This document shows, piece by piece, positions 37,124 to 46,921 of a stretch of 64,000 bases of DNA. Within the stretch, counting starts at the first letter, position 1, and every line of letters starts with the position of its first letter. Origin of the DNA: a virus; IMG/VR virus record IMGVR_UViG_3300049846_001597, positions 1-64,000 of that record; one strand, 5' to 3'. Under the pieces are notes generated by a model. The model did no database searches. It had not been told where the DNA came from and saw only the letters and a program-made list of their open reading frames with translations. The position numbers and the translations under genes are program-made.

Positions 37124-38387
37124 AAGCATCCATCAGCTCACGCTCGTAGTCGTTTTCGCGGCGTGCAAGAATTGGGGTGTCACCGAAGAAAGCAGCGTTG
37201 CTGAAGCCTTCGCCCACGGCTTCGGGACCGGCGCGACCGAGGCGGCCAGTCTCGCGATGCGAGAGGAGGCGAATAAGCTCCTGCGTGAGCTTGGAATTGG
37301 CTGGCGCATTAAGCGCGTCGAGGACACCTTGGTTTTCGGCGACATCAATGCTCGTGAGCGGACGGAAGTTGCCGCGTCCGCGCCGAATGATGTTTGAGGC
37401 AGCCGAACCGTAATTGTGCATCAGCACGTCGCGCACCAATTCGAGATTGTTGTCGCCGGTTGTGTTGCGCAGCCGCGCCGCCTGCGCCGCGCCTTGTGGC
37501 AAGTCGCCGCCAGCCGCCTGCCATTGCGCGCGATAAGACGGCGGCGCATTGGGCATTTCGAGCGCCTCTATCACGCGCGCGCCCTCAGGGGCGCGATTGA
37601 TGCGTTGTGCGACGCCAGCGATGTCGTCGCCTGCCGCGCCCATTGCGCGGTCCAGTGCATTGACGGTGTGACCGTTCACGCGCGGCGCGCCGGGCGTACG
37701 ACCAAGCCCTATTTTCATGCCGATAGCGTGAGCCGGAATGCGCGCTAGTGCGTTGATGGCGGGGCCGAGCAACGCAGCGCTCCCGCCTGAAAACGCTGCG
37801 TTGAGCGGCATATTGGCGAGCCTATTATCGAAGCCTCGCTGACCCGGCAGCATGCCGCCTTCGGCGGAGCCGTAGCCATAAAGTGCGCCCATTGGCGCGC
37901 CAACCAACCCCGCCGTCAACGCTTGCCGACGCCAGCCCGCGAACCCACGTTGCGCGCCGCGCGACAGAAAGTTGGCAATTGGGCGACCTAGCCGCCCAGC
38001 TTGCGCCGCGCGCCCTAACGCTGCGCCAGGAAACACAAAGCTTCCCGCTGCGCCAATAAAGGCGCCAGCGTTCGTCCACCCCTCTCGTGTTGCGCGGTAG
38101 TGAGCAAGATCATTGCGCGCGCGACGGACGCCATCGCGGAAACCGCTTTGGAAGTCGCCGCCAGACGCCATCGAGAGGAGGCCATTAAGTCCGCCCATAG
38201 CTTCGTCGCCTAAACCGAAGCTAAAGGCATCCATCGCGCCAGCGCGAACAGCGTGCGCGCGATCAACCCATTCGGAGCGACGGGGGGTAGGTGGGCCGCC
38301 GTCATCAAGCCACTGCGTTTGCGCAGGTCCGCGCGCTGGCGGCGCAACCTGCGGTGGCTGCTGTTGATCCAACCATTCCGTTGTCAT
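37113..38387 (-). CDS. DNA ejection/internal virion protein
   Basis: D.FSFG.GDE, Gly/Ala-rich GALYGYGS.EG segments; third gene of the ejection trio. Confidence 0.7.
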   Translation of the reverse strand: MTTEWLDQQQPPQVAPPARGPAQTQWLDDGGPPTPRRSEWVDRAHAVRAGAMDAFSFGLGDEAMGGLNGLLSMASGGDFQSGFRDGVRRARNDLAHYRATREGWTNAGAFIGAAGSFVFPGAALGRAAQAGRLGRPIANFLSRGAQRGFAGWRRQALTAGLVGAPMGALYGYGSAEGGMLPGQRGFDNRLANMPLNAAFSGGSAALLGPAINALARIPAHAIGMKIGLGRTPGAPRVNGHTVNALDRAMGAAGDDIAGVAQRINRAPEGARVIEALEMPNAPPSYRAQWQAAGGDLPQGAAQAARLRNTTGDNNLELVRDVLMHNYGSAASNIIRRGRGNFRPLTSIDVAENQGVLDALNAPANSKLTQELIRLLSHRETGRLGRAGPEAVGEGFSNAAFFGDTPILARRENDYERELMDAYGY

Positions 38388-40477
38388 CGGCTGCGCGCCC
38401 CGTTCGCGCGCACGACGCCCCGGCGACCGTCGCGGGTGCGGAAATAGATGTCACGCCCGCTGCGATTGGCGCGCGCCTGCATATCGCGTTCTTCGCGGCT
38501 GCCTGCCCATGCATCGGCATTGACCGGCACCTCAACCGGGTAGCCCTCAACCGCGCCTTGCTCTTGTGCGTCGCCGTGACGAACGAAGGCCCAATGCGGT
38601 TCCGATGATTGCGCATCGAAACGGAAGAAATCGCCGGTTTGCGGAACCTGTACTTCACGACCGTCTTGCGGCGCATCCGCCAAAATCGCCCAATTGGCTT
38701 GCGTGTATGGACGCAGCGCCGTGCGTTCGACCTCTGACCAGCGGCGACCTTGCGCATCAACGCCGCGCTGAAGCGAGCCCGCTTCGTAGATGAACTGACG
38801 ACGCGCGGAAGATAGCGCGCGCGAACCGAGGAGGGCGGCGCGTGATTTACGCAAGAAATTGATCGCAGACTCCAGCGTCCATTGGCCGGAAACGATGCCG
38901 CGCAAAGCCGCCTGACGTTCGCCTTCTGAGATCGGCTGCAAGCCTTGCAGTGCTTGCAGCAACAGCGGCCACGTATTAGATTGAATGTCTTCCAGTAGCG
39001 CTTGGCGGCCCGTTGAGCCAGCAAGGCGCGCCAAATCTGTGTTCATGTTATCCGGCAGGATAGTGCCGTTTTCGCTATTACGGGCGAGCGACATAAAAGC
39101 CGCCTCAAGCGAGTCAAGGCTGTAAAGCGCCTGTTCACGCTGATCTTCCGCCGCGAAATTTCGTTCGTAAATTTGAATTTCACCCGGCGTCGGCTCCGCG
39201 TACCCAGGCGACTGACCGGCGCGGGCGCGCTGCCCTTCCCGATTGCGGTAGTTCTCATCGAGGCGCTGCGCGTAGGTCAGCGTCATCTGCTCAAGCGCAT
39301 CGAGTTCGCTGTCTTGGATGCCGTCGCGACCAAGGTTTTGCAGCATCGGCATGATGTCATCGGCGAGCAGCGGTTGACCGTTGGTGTCATAAGCATACGG
39401 CGTGTTTTGCAGCCAATGCATCGCCACCGGCAGACGCTGCTGCTCGGGGATGCGACGCAACGCCGTCACCATCTGTTGCGAGAACTGTAAGCGCGCGCCG
39501 AAAAGATCGACAGCGGTGGCGCGCTCATCGTCCATCAGCGCCGAGATGCGCTCTAGGCCATCCAGGTCGCCCATCGACATGGCTTCCTCGCGCAATCCAG
39601 CGAGGATGCTCATGTTTTGAGTGAGCTGCGGCGGAGCCGCCTGCATGATAGCTTGCTCTAAACCTTGGAAGCCACCATCAGCAGGCGGGCCGGTGGGTGC
39701 GGGTGCGGCTGCGGCGGCAGGCGTCGGCCCGCCTGTAATGGGGCCGGTCGGCGCGACGGCTTGCGCTTCCAGGGGTCGAGCGTTGTCCAGCAGTATGCGC
39801 GCAGCATCGTCGCCGTTATATGTGCTTGGGCCAGCTTCTGGCTCATAAGGGTTTGCATACGGCGTGGGGTCGGGCTGAGCGGCGCCCGGTGACGCCGTGT
39901 TCACGCCGGAGCGCGCCCGCAAAGCCGCCGCAGAGGGCGTGTCAAAGACCATGCCGTCGCCGCGTGCGCCGCCCGGCTGGTAAGCCTCATTGAACTGCAT
40001 TAGCCCGAGGCGCTCCGTCCATGACGGCGCAAGCGGCGTCTGCTGAATATCGGTTTGCGGCGGCGGCGCAGTCACGACTTGCGGCTGCGCCGAGGGTTGC
40101 GGTTGCTGCGGCAAGCCGGGGCCACCCGGTTGGCCGGGTGCGATTTGCATCTCGGGGCCAGAGTAGGGCGTGGCCGGGACTTGCGGCAGCTGCGGGGCCT
40201 GCGGGGCAGGCGCCGTCTTCAGCAACGCATTGCGCTCATTATCCGCGCGCCAGTCATAGCGGTTCGGCAGGAACACATTCTGGCGCGCCCAGGCATAATG
40301 ATCGGGCTCGTTGACGTCCAAGAAGCTGTTGAGGCTGTCTTCCAGTTGACGCGGGTCGCGCGAAGCGAGCGCGTTGCGCATGCTGCGCATGGCGCGACCC
40401 TGGTTGGCGCGTCGTTGACGCCGCTCGCCGTGGTCGTAACCTTCGCGGAAGGCGCGGCCATAATCATAGACTGCCAT
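38384..40477 (-). CDS. DNA ejection/internal virion protein
   Basis: Pro/Gln-rich linker, helical C-terminal half, position after pilot protein. Confidence 0.65.
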   Translation of the reverse strand: MAVYDYGRAFREGYDHGERRQRRANQGRAMRSMRNALASRDPRQLEDSLNSFLDVNEPDHYAWARQNVFLPNRYDWRADNERNALLKTAPAPQAPQLPQVPATPYSGPEMQIAPGQPGGPGLPQQPQPSAQPQVVTAPPPQTDIQQTPLAPSWTERLGLMQFNEAYQPGGARGDGMVFDTPSAAALRARSGVNTASPGAAQPDPTPYANPYEPEAGPSTYNGDDAARILLDNARPLEAQAVAPTGPITGGPTPAAAAAPAPTGPPADGGFQGLEQAIMQAAPPQLTQNMSILAGLREEAMSMGDLDGLERISALMDDERATAVDLFGARLQFSQQMVTALRRIPEQQRLPVAMHWLQNTPYAYDTNGQPLLADDIMPMLQNLGRDGIQDSELDALEQMTLTYAQRLDENYRNREGQRARAGQSPGYAEPTPGEIQIYERNFAAEDQREQALYSLDSLEAAFMSLARNSENGTILPDNMNTDLARLAGSTGRQALLEDIQSNTWPLLLQALQGLQPISEGERQAALRGIVSGQWTLESAINFLRKSRAALLGSRALSSARRQFIYEAGSLQRGVDAQGRRWSEVERTALRPYTQANWAILADAPQDGREVQVPQTGDFFRFDAQSSEPHWAFVRHGDAQEQGAVEGYPVEVPVNADAWAGSREERDMQARANRSGRDIYFRTRDGRRGVVRANGARSR

Positions 40478-41250
40478 TAGATGCGCCCAGGTTTAGGCGT
40501 GACGCCCTTGGTGGACGTGACGGTTTGCGTGGGGCCGCCGCCAAAGAAGTTGCCGACCGCCTTGCGGGTGTTATTCCAATTGAAGCCGCCATTGGCGATC
40601 TTGGCGCTGATGCCGCCCAGCGCATTCGAGATCGCCATGCCGCCAGTGGCGGCGGCGTCCTGCAAGCCTTGGCCGCGTTGCAGCGCAATTTGACTAAGCG
40701 CGTTGCCCTGATTGGCGAAAGCATTGGCGGCCTGACTACCGACACCCATTGCCGCGTTAGCGATGCCGGTGCGTGCGGCGTCGCCGCGATCCACGTAGCC
40801 CTTGAGGCCAGTCAGGTGCGCTTCACGGCCAGCCATCGCCAACTCGTAACCTTGTTGGCCCGCCGCGCGCAGCGCCTTGCCTGAATTGATTGCGCCGCCT
40901 TTGCCAAGTGCGGCGTTGGTGGAAACCAGCGCGTTGTGCGCTTTGGCCGTGTTGTAGTCGGCTTCGTTCTTGTAGAAGGAGCCGTTGTAAGCCGTATTGT
41001 ACGCGCCCGCTTGCGAGGGATCGATGCCGAGCGCGCCACGCACCAAATTGTTGGGCGTGGTGCTATCGTTCACCATCGGCTGCATTTGCGCGGTGGCGCG
41101 GTCGTAGCCGAGATTGAGTTGTTCGATTTGCTTGTCGGTGGCGTACTTCTGCGCATCCGCCGCCATTGCAGCAGAGTCTTTGACGGCGTTGGCTTGGGTC
41201 TTGGCGTTAGCCGCGCCGAAGATGCCCTGGATTACGTCCCCGATGCACAT
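40477..41250 (-). CDS. DNA transfer/pilot protein (P22 gp7-like)
   Basis: MC start, Ala/Gln-rich, AA..GG..SG..LRA motif. Confidence 0.75.
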   Translation of the reverse strand: MCIGDVIQGIFGAANAKTQANAVKDSAAMAADAQKYATDKQIEQLNLGYDRATAQMQPMVNDSTTPNNLVRGALGIDPSQAGAYNTAYNGSFYKNEADYNTAKAHNALVSTNAALGKGGAINSGKALRAAGQQGYELAMAGREAHLTGLKGYVDRGDAARTGIANAAMGVGSQAANAFANQGNALSQIALQRGQGLQDAAATGGMAISNALGGISAKIANGGFNWNNTRKAVGNFFGGGPTQTVTSTKGVTPKPGRI

Positions 41251-41695
41251 AAGAAAACAGTCTAAAGGGGTGGCCGTTTATGCTGGCTTCGCCTAGCCAG
41301 CTGAAGCCGCAGGCCTCAATAAAGCGATGATGCATGACGTTACGCTTGTCGGAGGCATTGAGCAGGCAACCCCATTTGCACCCCCACGCACGCACCCAAC
41401 GCGGCACATGCTTGAGGGTGAAGTAGCGGGCGCGGCTGACATCATCCGCGCAGAGCATCCAGGGACTTGCGCCGTAAGCGGTTTGCTTCGCGCCAAGAAT
41501 GGCCAGCACCCGGCCCGTGGCCACTTCAACCATTGCGCGCGCGTCGCCGGGTTTGGCGAGGTCATCGGTCAGGCGCGCGTAGATGTCGCTCGCGCCAGCC
41601 GCTTCTGCTTCGCGCGCATCTTCAGGCCGCAGCCGCAAAAGCAGATTGACGACATCTTCTTGGTTGGCGCGCCGGAAGGTGAACTTAGCCGCCAA
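41207..41695 (-). CDS. GNAT-fold virion protein (T7 gp13-like)
   Basis: LR.ED.RE, PWML, L.N..D.RN..H.RFI..CGF. Confidence 0.8.
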   Translation of the reverse strand: MAAKFTFRRANQEDVVNLLLRLRPEDAREAEAAGASDIYARLTDDLAKPGDARAMVEVATGRVLAILGAKQTAYGASPWMLCADDVSRARYFTLKHVPRWVRAWGCKWGCLLNASDKRNVMHHRFIEACGFSWLGEASINGHPFRLFSYVHRGRNPGHLRRG

Positions 41696-42194
41696 GCTGC
41701 TGGAGCTGCTGCTGGAGCTGCTGGATCATCATGTCGATTTGCTGGGCGCGCGGATCGTCTTCTGGCAGAGATTGGCGCATCTGCGTCAAACGCTCTAGTT
41801 GCTCCATGAGCTGCATCGGGCGTTGCATGACGGTCTGCTGAGGGCGCTGCTCGCGCAAGGCGCGCTCAATCGCCACGCGCAGAGCGCGTGCGCCGCCGCG
41901 TGCGCCGCCTGCGAGCGTACCACCCGCCACACCTAAGACGCCACCCGTCGCGCCGCCCGCGATGGCGTTGCCCATCGTGTCGGTTTCGGAGCCGCCGTTC
42001 ATGGCGTTGACATCAGAGTAGCCCGCGCCCATCGCTGCGCCTAAGCCGACGCCGCCTGCGGCTAAGCCGCGCCCGTTGCGACCCATGAACTCTTCTGCGC
42101 CGCCGCGCACGCCGCGCGTGGTTTGTTCACCAATATCGCCCATTGCTTCACGCAGGAAGCGCAGGAACGTTGAGGATGGAACTGTATCAGCCAT
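41685..42194 (-). CDS. Glycine-zipper protein, candidate ejected protein
   Basis: Two GxxxG-rich hydrophobic stretches, Gln-rich C-terminus. Confidence 0.6.
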   Translation of the reverse strand: MADTVPSSTFLRFLREAMGDIGEQTTRGVRGGAEEFMGRNGRGLAAGGVGLGAAMGAGYSDVNAMNGGSETDTMGNAIAGGATGGVLGVAGGTLAGGARGGARALRVAIERALREQRPQQTVMQRPMQLMEQLERLTQMRQSLPEDDPRAQQIDMMIQQLQQQLQQLGG

Positions 42195-43759
42195 TAGGCA
42201 CCCATTTCACGCATGATAGCGCCACGACGCGCCTCGCGGTCTGCAACCGTTGAAATCGCTGCGCCGACCCCGCCCGTTACGAGATAGGGGAGGACAATCG
42301 AGAGGGCGTCAGGCTTCCGCGCCTTTTTGCCTAACCCCGCCTCGCGCAGCGCCGCGTAGACGGTTTGCTCGATGCTGTTGTCGGTTGAGTCGCGGAAGGA
42401 TGGGTCGCGGCGCAATTCAGCAATCAGACGCCGCGCGTCGGTCATGCCGCCAGCAATCAGACGCCGCGCTTGATTTTTGGTTGAGAGCTTGTTTCCGCGC
42501 CACGGGCGCTGCGCAAACAGACGCACGCGATCTGGCGTGACATTCCATAGCTTCGCAAGGATGGCCACCGCAGGTTCGCCCGCCGCAACAGCGCGGTCAG
42601 CGTACTTAAGCAGCCGATCCAACTGGACGCCGATAATATTTGCGCCTTCACCCTCATCGTCTCGCAACGATGCTGAGATGTCGGCGCGCTTCGGGTAGAA
42701 GCCGCGCTCGTTCATTGTCGTGGCTTCGTTGACAATATCGGCTTCGTTATACTGCCCGCGTGTTAGCTTGAAGACTTTTTTGACCCCAATCGCCTCGCCA
42801 AGTTGCGCCCGCTCAGCCCGATCTTGCGCTCGCCCTTGTGCGCGCGCGTAACGCTGTTGCGCGGCCTCCGAGTGAGAGGCGCGCTTGGCTTCGATACGCG
42901 CAAGTCTGGCGCGCGCGGCTTCCAGCGCCGCCGCATCGGACGGCGGTCGGTTGTCAAATGCAGGACTTCTGGGTCGATCTGGGATCGGGATGCCCAAGCG
43001 CTTGCGCGCATACGTCATCGCACCTTTTAGCGCCTCCATCGTCGGAAGCTCGGTGGCGTTGAGCACCTGCTCCATTGTATAAACAGGCCGCCCATCGGGG
43101 TGGCGGGCGCTATACATGATGATCGCGCGCGCTTTGTTGGCCTTACCTTTCAGCGAAGGATAGCGGTCGAGTAAGACCTTAAAGTCTTCGGGATTGGAGG
43201 GTAGCGGCTCCGCCTGTCGCCCAAGGCCAGCCGCACGCCGCATGCGGCGCGGATCAAACGCAGCGCCGCCAAACAGCACGGAGCCCGCCGAATCTTCATC
43301 GAGGTCTTGGCGCGCAGAGTAGGGGCCAAGATACTCATCGAACATCTCGTCCGATCCGCGCTGGCCTGACTCAAGCACGTCCGCCATGCGAACGGGCGGC
43401 AAACCCTTGAGGGTGTTGACGTCATCCAGCATGCGGCTGGTGTGCTGCGCGAGCGGGCGCGTGGCGTCAGCGACCCGCCGCTGGACGCGCGACATCGATT
43501 GTGCTTCCGGGTCACGGATGTGCATCGCAGGCGAGCGGATGTCAGCTGGCAACGAAGGGCGCAGCGCATTGCGGGCGAGACGCGACAAAACTTGCCGCGC
43601 GCCATAGCCGCCCATCGCTCCGATCATTGCGCCGCCAAGCGCGCCGCTTGCATCGTTCTCGCCAAGCGCGACGCCACCGGTTGCGCCAGCGAGGCCGCCA
43701 AGAAGAGGAAACGCCGCCTCATCGATTGCGCGGAGGAGCGCGGAACGCAGCGGGTTCAT
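42194..43759 (-). CDS. Candidate ejected protein with N-terminal glycine zipper and HTH-like segments
   Basis: MNPLRSALLRAIDE, Gly zippers, basic HTH-like regions, C-terminal hydrophobic helix. Confidence 0.6.
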   Translation of the reverse strand: MNPLRSALLRAIDEAAFPLLGGLAGATGGVALGENDASGALGGAMIGAMGGYGARQVLSRLARNALRPSLPADIRSPAMHIRDPEAQSMSRVQRRVADATRPLAQHTSRMLDDVNTLKGLPPVRMADVLESGQRGSDEMFDEYLGPYSARQDLDEDSAGSVLFGGAAFDPRRMRRAAGLGRQAEPLPSNPEDFKVLLDRYPSLKGKANKARAIIMYSARHPDGRPVYTMEQVLNATELPTMEALKGAMTYARKRLGIPIPDRPRSPAFDNRPPSDAAALEAARARLARIEAKRASHSEAAQQRYARAQGRAQDRAERAQLGEAIGVKKVFKLTRGQYNEADIVNEATTMNERGFYPKRADISASLRDDEGEGANIIGVQLDRLLKYADRAVAAGEPAVAILAKLWNVTPDRVRLFAQRPWRGNKLSTKNQARRLIAGGMTDARRLIAELRRDPSFRDSTDNSIEQTVYAALREAGLGKKARKPDALSIVLPYLVTGGVGAAISTVADREARRGAIMREMGA

Positions 43760-44355
43760 TGGCGACCTCCACGATTCCGCATCTGCCGCAGCATCGCTTC
43801 CGCGATGAGGCGGGTTTCCTCTTCACCAAGCCGCTCAGCGCGCGCAATACGACGACGAACATCAGCGTGATGCGGCGCACGCTCCATGCGCTCAAGAGTG
43901 CGGGCGGCATTAAAGCTGTCGCCTTTGCCGATGGCCCACGCCGCCTCCGCGCGCGCCGCCTCTTCGCGTAAGCCGATGCGGCGCAAATGGCGGATGTATT
44001 TCTGAAAAGCTTTGACGCTCTCTTTTGCACCCATGCGCAAAAACGAGCTGCGACCAGCCGCCATCCCGCTTAGCGCGCCCAAGGCGGCGGCCCCGCCCAC
44101 TGTCGCGCCAGCAAAATTGCGGAAGCCTTCATGCTCGCCCTCAGTCAAATCATAATCAGACAAAGCGCTAACGCCGCCTGCGATGGCGTAGGGGTAAAGC
44201 CCAACGGGCAATCCGAGCATGCCTCCAACTTGTGCGCCGCCCGCGAGCGCGCCTTCGGCCCGGTCTAGCGCGCCAGACGCCGTGCGTTGCACGCCGCGCA
44301 TGGCGGCGCGGGCGCCGTCTTGCAACGCCAATTGGAGGGCGGCCCGCAGACTCAT
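43756..44355 (-). CDS. Glycine-zipper protein, candidate ejected protein
   Basis: MSLRAALQLALQDG; two hydrophobic Gly-rich stretches. Confidence 0.6.
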   Translation of the reverse strand: MSLRAALQLALQDGARAAMRGVQRTASGALDRAEGALAGGAQVGGMLGLPVGLYPYAIAGGVSALSDYDLTEGEHEGFRNFAGATVGGAAALGALSGMAAGRSSFLRMGAKESVKAFQKYIRHLRRIGLREEAARAEAAWAIGKGDSFNAARTLERMERAPHHADVRRRIARAERLGEEETRLIAEAMLRQMRNRGGRQ

Positions 44356-45029
44356 CGCATCACATTCAAATCGACGTCGCCCCAGCGGTCGAAGCCCATG
44401 ACTTGCTCGTAGAGGGTTTGGGCGCGCTCACGGATGCGCTGGCTGTTGGTGTCGATCAGCTGATAATCTTCACACAGACGCGCCGCGAGGCAGATGACAA
44501 TCGCCTCAGCAAACTCCTCAGGGACGTCGATCTCGTCGTTGCCGGAATCGACAGTCTCGATCACCCGCTCGTAGCCAACTTTGAGCGTGTAGGTTCCGCT
44601 GCTAAAGGAGGGGATGGGCCACAGTGTTACTGTTGTTGAGGTGCGCTGCTTGTCGAGCACGTAAGCGACAGGTTGGCCGGTATTGGCTTTGAAGATAAAC
44701 CGATCCCAATCCTGACGATCCCATTCGGTGAGCGGCAGCCGCTCCTCGCCATCCTCCAGCCAGCGCACATTGTAGACGAGGCGCGGGCGCGGGTTGAGCG
44801 TGTAGGTCTGCGTCCCAGAGACAAGCGTCACCGTTTGCTCGGCGCGCGTCCACAGATTGGGGCCTTCCGTTGACCACGACTTCAACATCTCGTTGAAGAC
44901 ATCGAGGCCGTTGCTCAGCTCATCAGCTGACGCCTCAAAACCTTGGCCGAGGACGCCAAGCTTCTGCAACGCGCGCGACACGTAATGGGCGGCGGTTTTT
45001 TGATAATCGATGACGCCAGAGAGGGCCAC
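44352..45029 (-). CDS. Head-tail adaptor protein
   Basis: AL..LG........A......L...N.ML..W...G.NLW, G.P..Y, LWP.P, P.E...A....LA..L. Confidence 0.8.
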   Translation of the reverse strand: MALSGVIDYQKTAAHYVSRALQKLGVLGQGFEASADELSNGLDVFNEMLKSWSTEGPNLWTRAEQTVTLVSGTQTYTLNPRPRLVYNVRWLEDGEERLPLTEWDRQDWDRFIFKANTGQPVAYVLDKQRTSTTVTLWPIPSFSSGTYTLKVGYERVIETVDSGNDEIDVPEEFAEAIVICLAARLCEDYQLIDTNSQRIRERAQTLYEQVMGFDRWGDVDLNVMR

Positions 45030-45032
45030 GGC

Positions 45033-45242
45033 TTACATGCCTCCCTTGCCGCCAAAGAGGCCCTTGGGGTTCATAAAAGCGTTCTGCGTCACGCCGGTCG
45101 TTGGGCCGCGCGGATTGGCGCTGGGCGGCTTGATTGCGCCCCCGCCATTACGGCGCTTGCCGCCTTGCGACGGCGCGCCAAACATCTCCGGGTTCTGCAT
45201 CCAGAATTGGCGCAGCAGGTGAGGCGGCCACTGATACATCAT
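45033..45242 (-). CDS. Small Gly/Pro-rich hypothetical protein
   Basis: Coupled ORF in virion operon. Confidence 0.45.
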   Translation of the reverse strand: MMYQWPPHLLRQFWMQNPEMFGAPSQGGKRRNGGGAIKPPSANPRGPTTGVTQNAFMNPKGLFGGKGGM

Positions 45243-45781
45243 GGACGCTCATCCCATTCATCGGGGTGGTCGTTGCCGGAGTAGCCAACGTAGTCGGTGT
45301 TCAGTCTGCTGATGATGTCGCGCATGCGTTGTTCGCGCGCGTGCTGGCGGCGGAAGTTGTCGAAGCGCATGCGCCACGTTGAGCGCGAGAAATTCGGCGC
45401 ATCGTCGGAGAGATGCTCGGTCACCGCCTCGTTGCCGCTATTGGCGACGGACAGCTCCGTCATAAGCGCCTCAAGCAAACGGCGTTGCTCGCGGACGGCG
45501 CGGCGCTGTTCGCGCAACGGATCATTGCGCTGTCGCGCATACTCAAGCGCGGCGGTTTGGCCTAAAACCGTCCCGCCAAGAGCAACCGCGAGCGTCGGGC
45601 GGATGTCGCGCTCGAAACTATAGACGCCTCGCTCGCGCTCCATATCGGCAACCGCACGGGCGCGATCTCTTTCGGTGATGTGTCTGCGCCAGCCGCGCCC
45701 GAAAGCGCCTCGGCCATAAGCGCGACGCGGCATATTAGAAAGCGCGTTGTCGGCGGCGGAGCGAAGCAGGCGGCCAATCAC
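45239..45781 (-). CDS. Hypothetical protein, candidate ejected protein
   Basis: MIGRLLRSAADNAL; central hydrophobic segment. Confidence 0.5.
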   Translation of the reverse strand: MIGRLLRSAADNALSNMPRRAYGRGAFGRGWRRHITERDRARAVADMERERGVYSFERDIRPTLAVALGGTVLGQTAALEYARQRNDPLREQRRAVREQRRLLEALMTELSVANSGNEAVTEHLSDDAPNFSRSTWRMRFDNFRRQHAREQRMRDIISRLNTDYVGYSGNDHPDEWDERP

Positions 45782-46008
45782 AGGTCGTCTCCGGTGATCG
45801 GGTCGTTATCGTCAGTGAAGGTGTAGTTGGTGTTGTCGAGACGCACGTTCTTGACCGGCGCGCCCTCGGCTGGGTTTACATAAGGCGTCGTCAAATAGAC
45901 AAGCGGCGGGTCATAGCACTGGCGGCACACAAACAATTGCGTCCACTCAATGCGGCAGTCGTCGTGCTTTACGGTGAACCCGCAGCGGTCGCAGATCGCC
46001 TTTACCAT
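45778..46008 (-). CDS. Conserved Zn-finger protein of the head-completion region
   Basis: AICDRCGF......EW..L.VC..CYD. Confidence 0.7.
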   Translation of the reverse strand: MVKAICDRCGFTVKHDDCRIEWTQLFVCRQCYDPPLVYLTTPYVNPAEGAPVKNVRLDNTNYTFTDDNDPITGDDL

Positions 46009-46058
46009 CGCATCAGTGTAGGCGAGAGCAGCTTTCTGCTGCCCTCAAACCCACCGGG

Positions 46059-46781
46059 TTAGCGTTCAAACAGGATTTCGAGGAAATCCACAGAAAGCGT
46101 GCGGGCGTTGGCGTCACCAGCCTGCACCGCGATGGTGACGGCAAGTTCTTCATCGTCAACAATATTGGTGGTGGAGGTGATGTCTGTACCAACCGGCACG
46201 CCATCAAGCATCGCGGTAAGCGTGCTCTTGCCGTCGAAGTACATTTCGGCAGTGACGTAAGTGTCATCGACCATCGAGCCCATCGTGATCGTGGATGCGG
46301 TCGAGTTCTTGGCCGCAGCCGCAACCAAAGTCGTCGCGCCATCAGCCTTGTAAAAGGCGATATAGTCGCTCGGAAGCGACTGCAGTGGCGAAGTGTCGGT
46401 GATTGCGAGGCCGATGATGACATCTGACTCGGTCGCGTTGGATACCTTGAAGCGGGCGCGTATCCAGAACTTCTTGGTGGCCGTGAACTTGAAACTCTCG
46501 ACGGTTGCGCCTGAGCCGCCAGCCCATTGCAGCGAGTTGACATCGTTGTCGGTTGACGTGTTGACGAGCGAGAGGATGCCGCCGTGACCCGCAGCAGCAG
46601 CAGCCTGAGTTGCGCCAGCTTGGGTTTCAGTGACAACCCAATCGCCTGAAGTGTAGCCGTGGAAGTCATCGAACCAGCGCACGTAACGCGTCGGGTCAGG
46701 TTGAGGGTAGAAGCGGCCCATGCCTGCGTTGCCGGAGGCATGGTCATTGATCCCGTTTGGATAACGGACAGGTGTCGTCAT
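46059..46781 (-). CDS. Virion structural protein (beta-sandwich)
   Basis: TRY/FPNG...P.P.....FDDF..Y..GDW; Thr/Ala-rich. Confidence 0.7.
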   Translation of the reverse strand: MTTPVRYPNGINDHASGNAGMGRFYPQPDPTRYVRWFDDFHGYTSGDWVVTETQAGATQAAAAAGHGGILSLVNTSTDNDVNSLQWAGGSGATVESFKFTATKKFWIRARFKVSNATESDVIIGLAITDTSPLQSLPSDYIAFYKADGATTLVAAAAKNSTASTITMGSMVDDTYVTAEMYFDGKSTLTAMLDGVPVGTDITSTTNIVDDEELAVTIAVQAGDANARTLSVDFLEILFER

Positions 46782-46867
46782 GGCGCGAACTCCATAGTGG
46801 TTCCCCGGAATGGGGCTTTCGCAAAAACGACACTCCGCTATCGATGTGAATAAATTGCTAAAGGGGC

Positions 46868-46899
46868 TTGCGTCTTCGTCTTCAATGTACTACATTGAA
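46868..46899 (+). promoter_or_regulatory. Promoter with extended palindrome TTCAATGTA-C-TACATTGAA
   Basis: TTGCGT-17-TACATT; 9-bp perfect arms 46881-46899. Confidence 0.75.
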
Positions 46900-46921
46900 C
46901 TTATCGAAGGAGACTGTCCTC

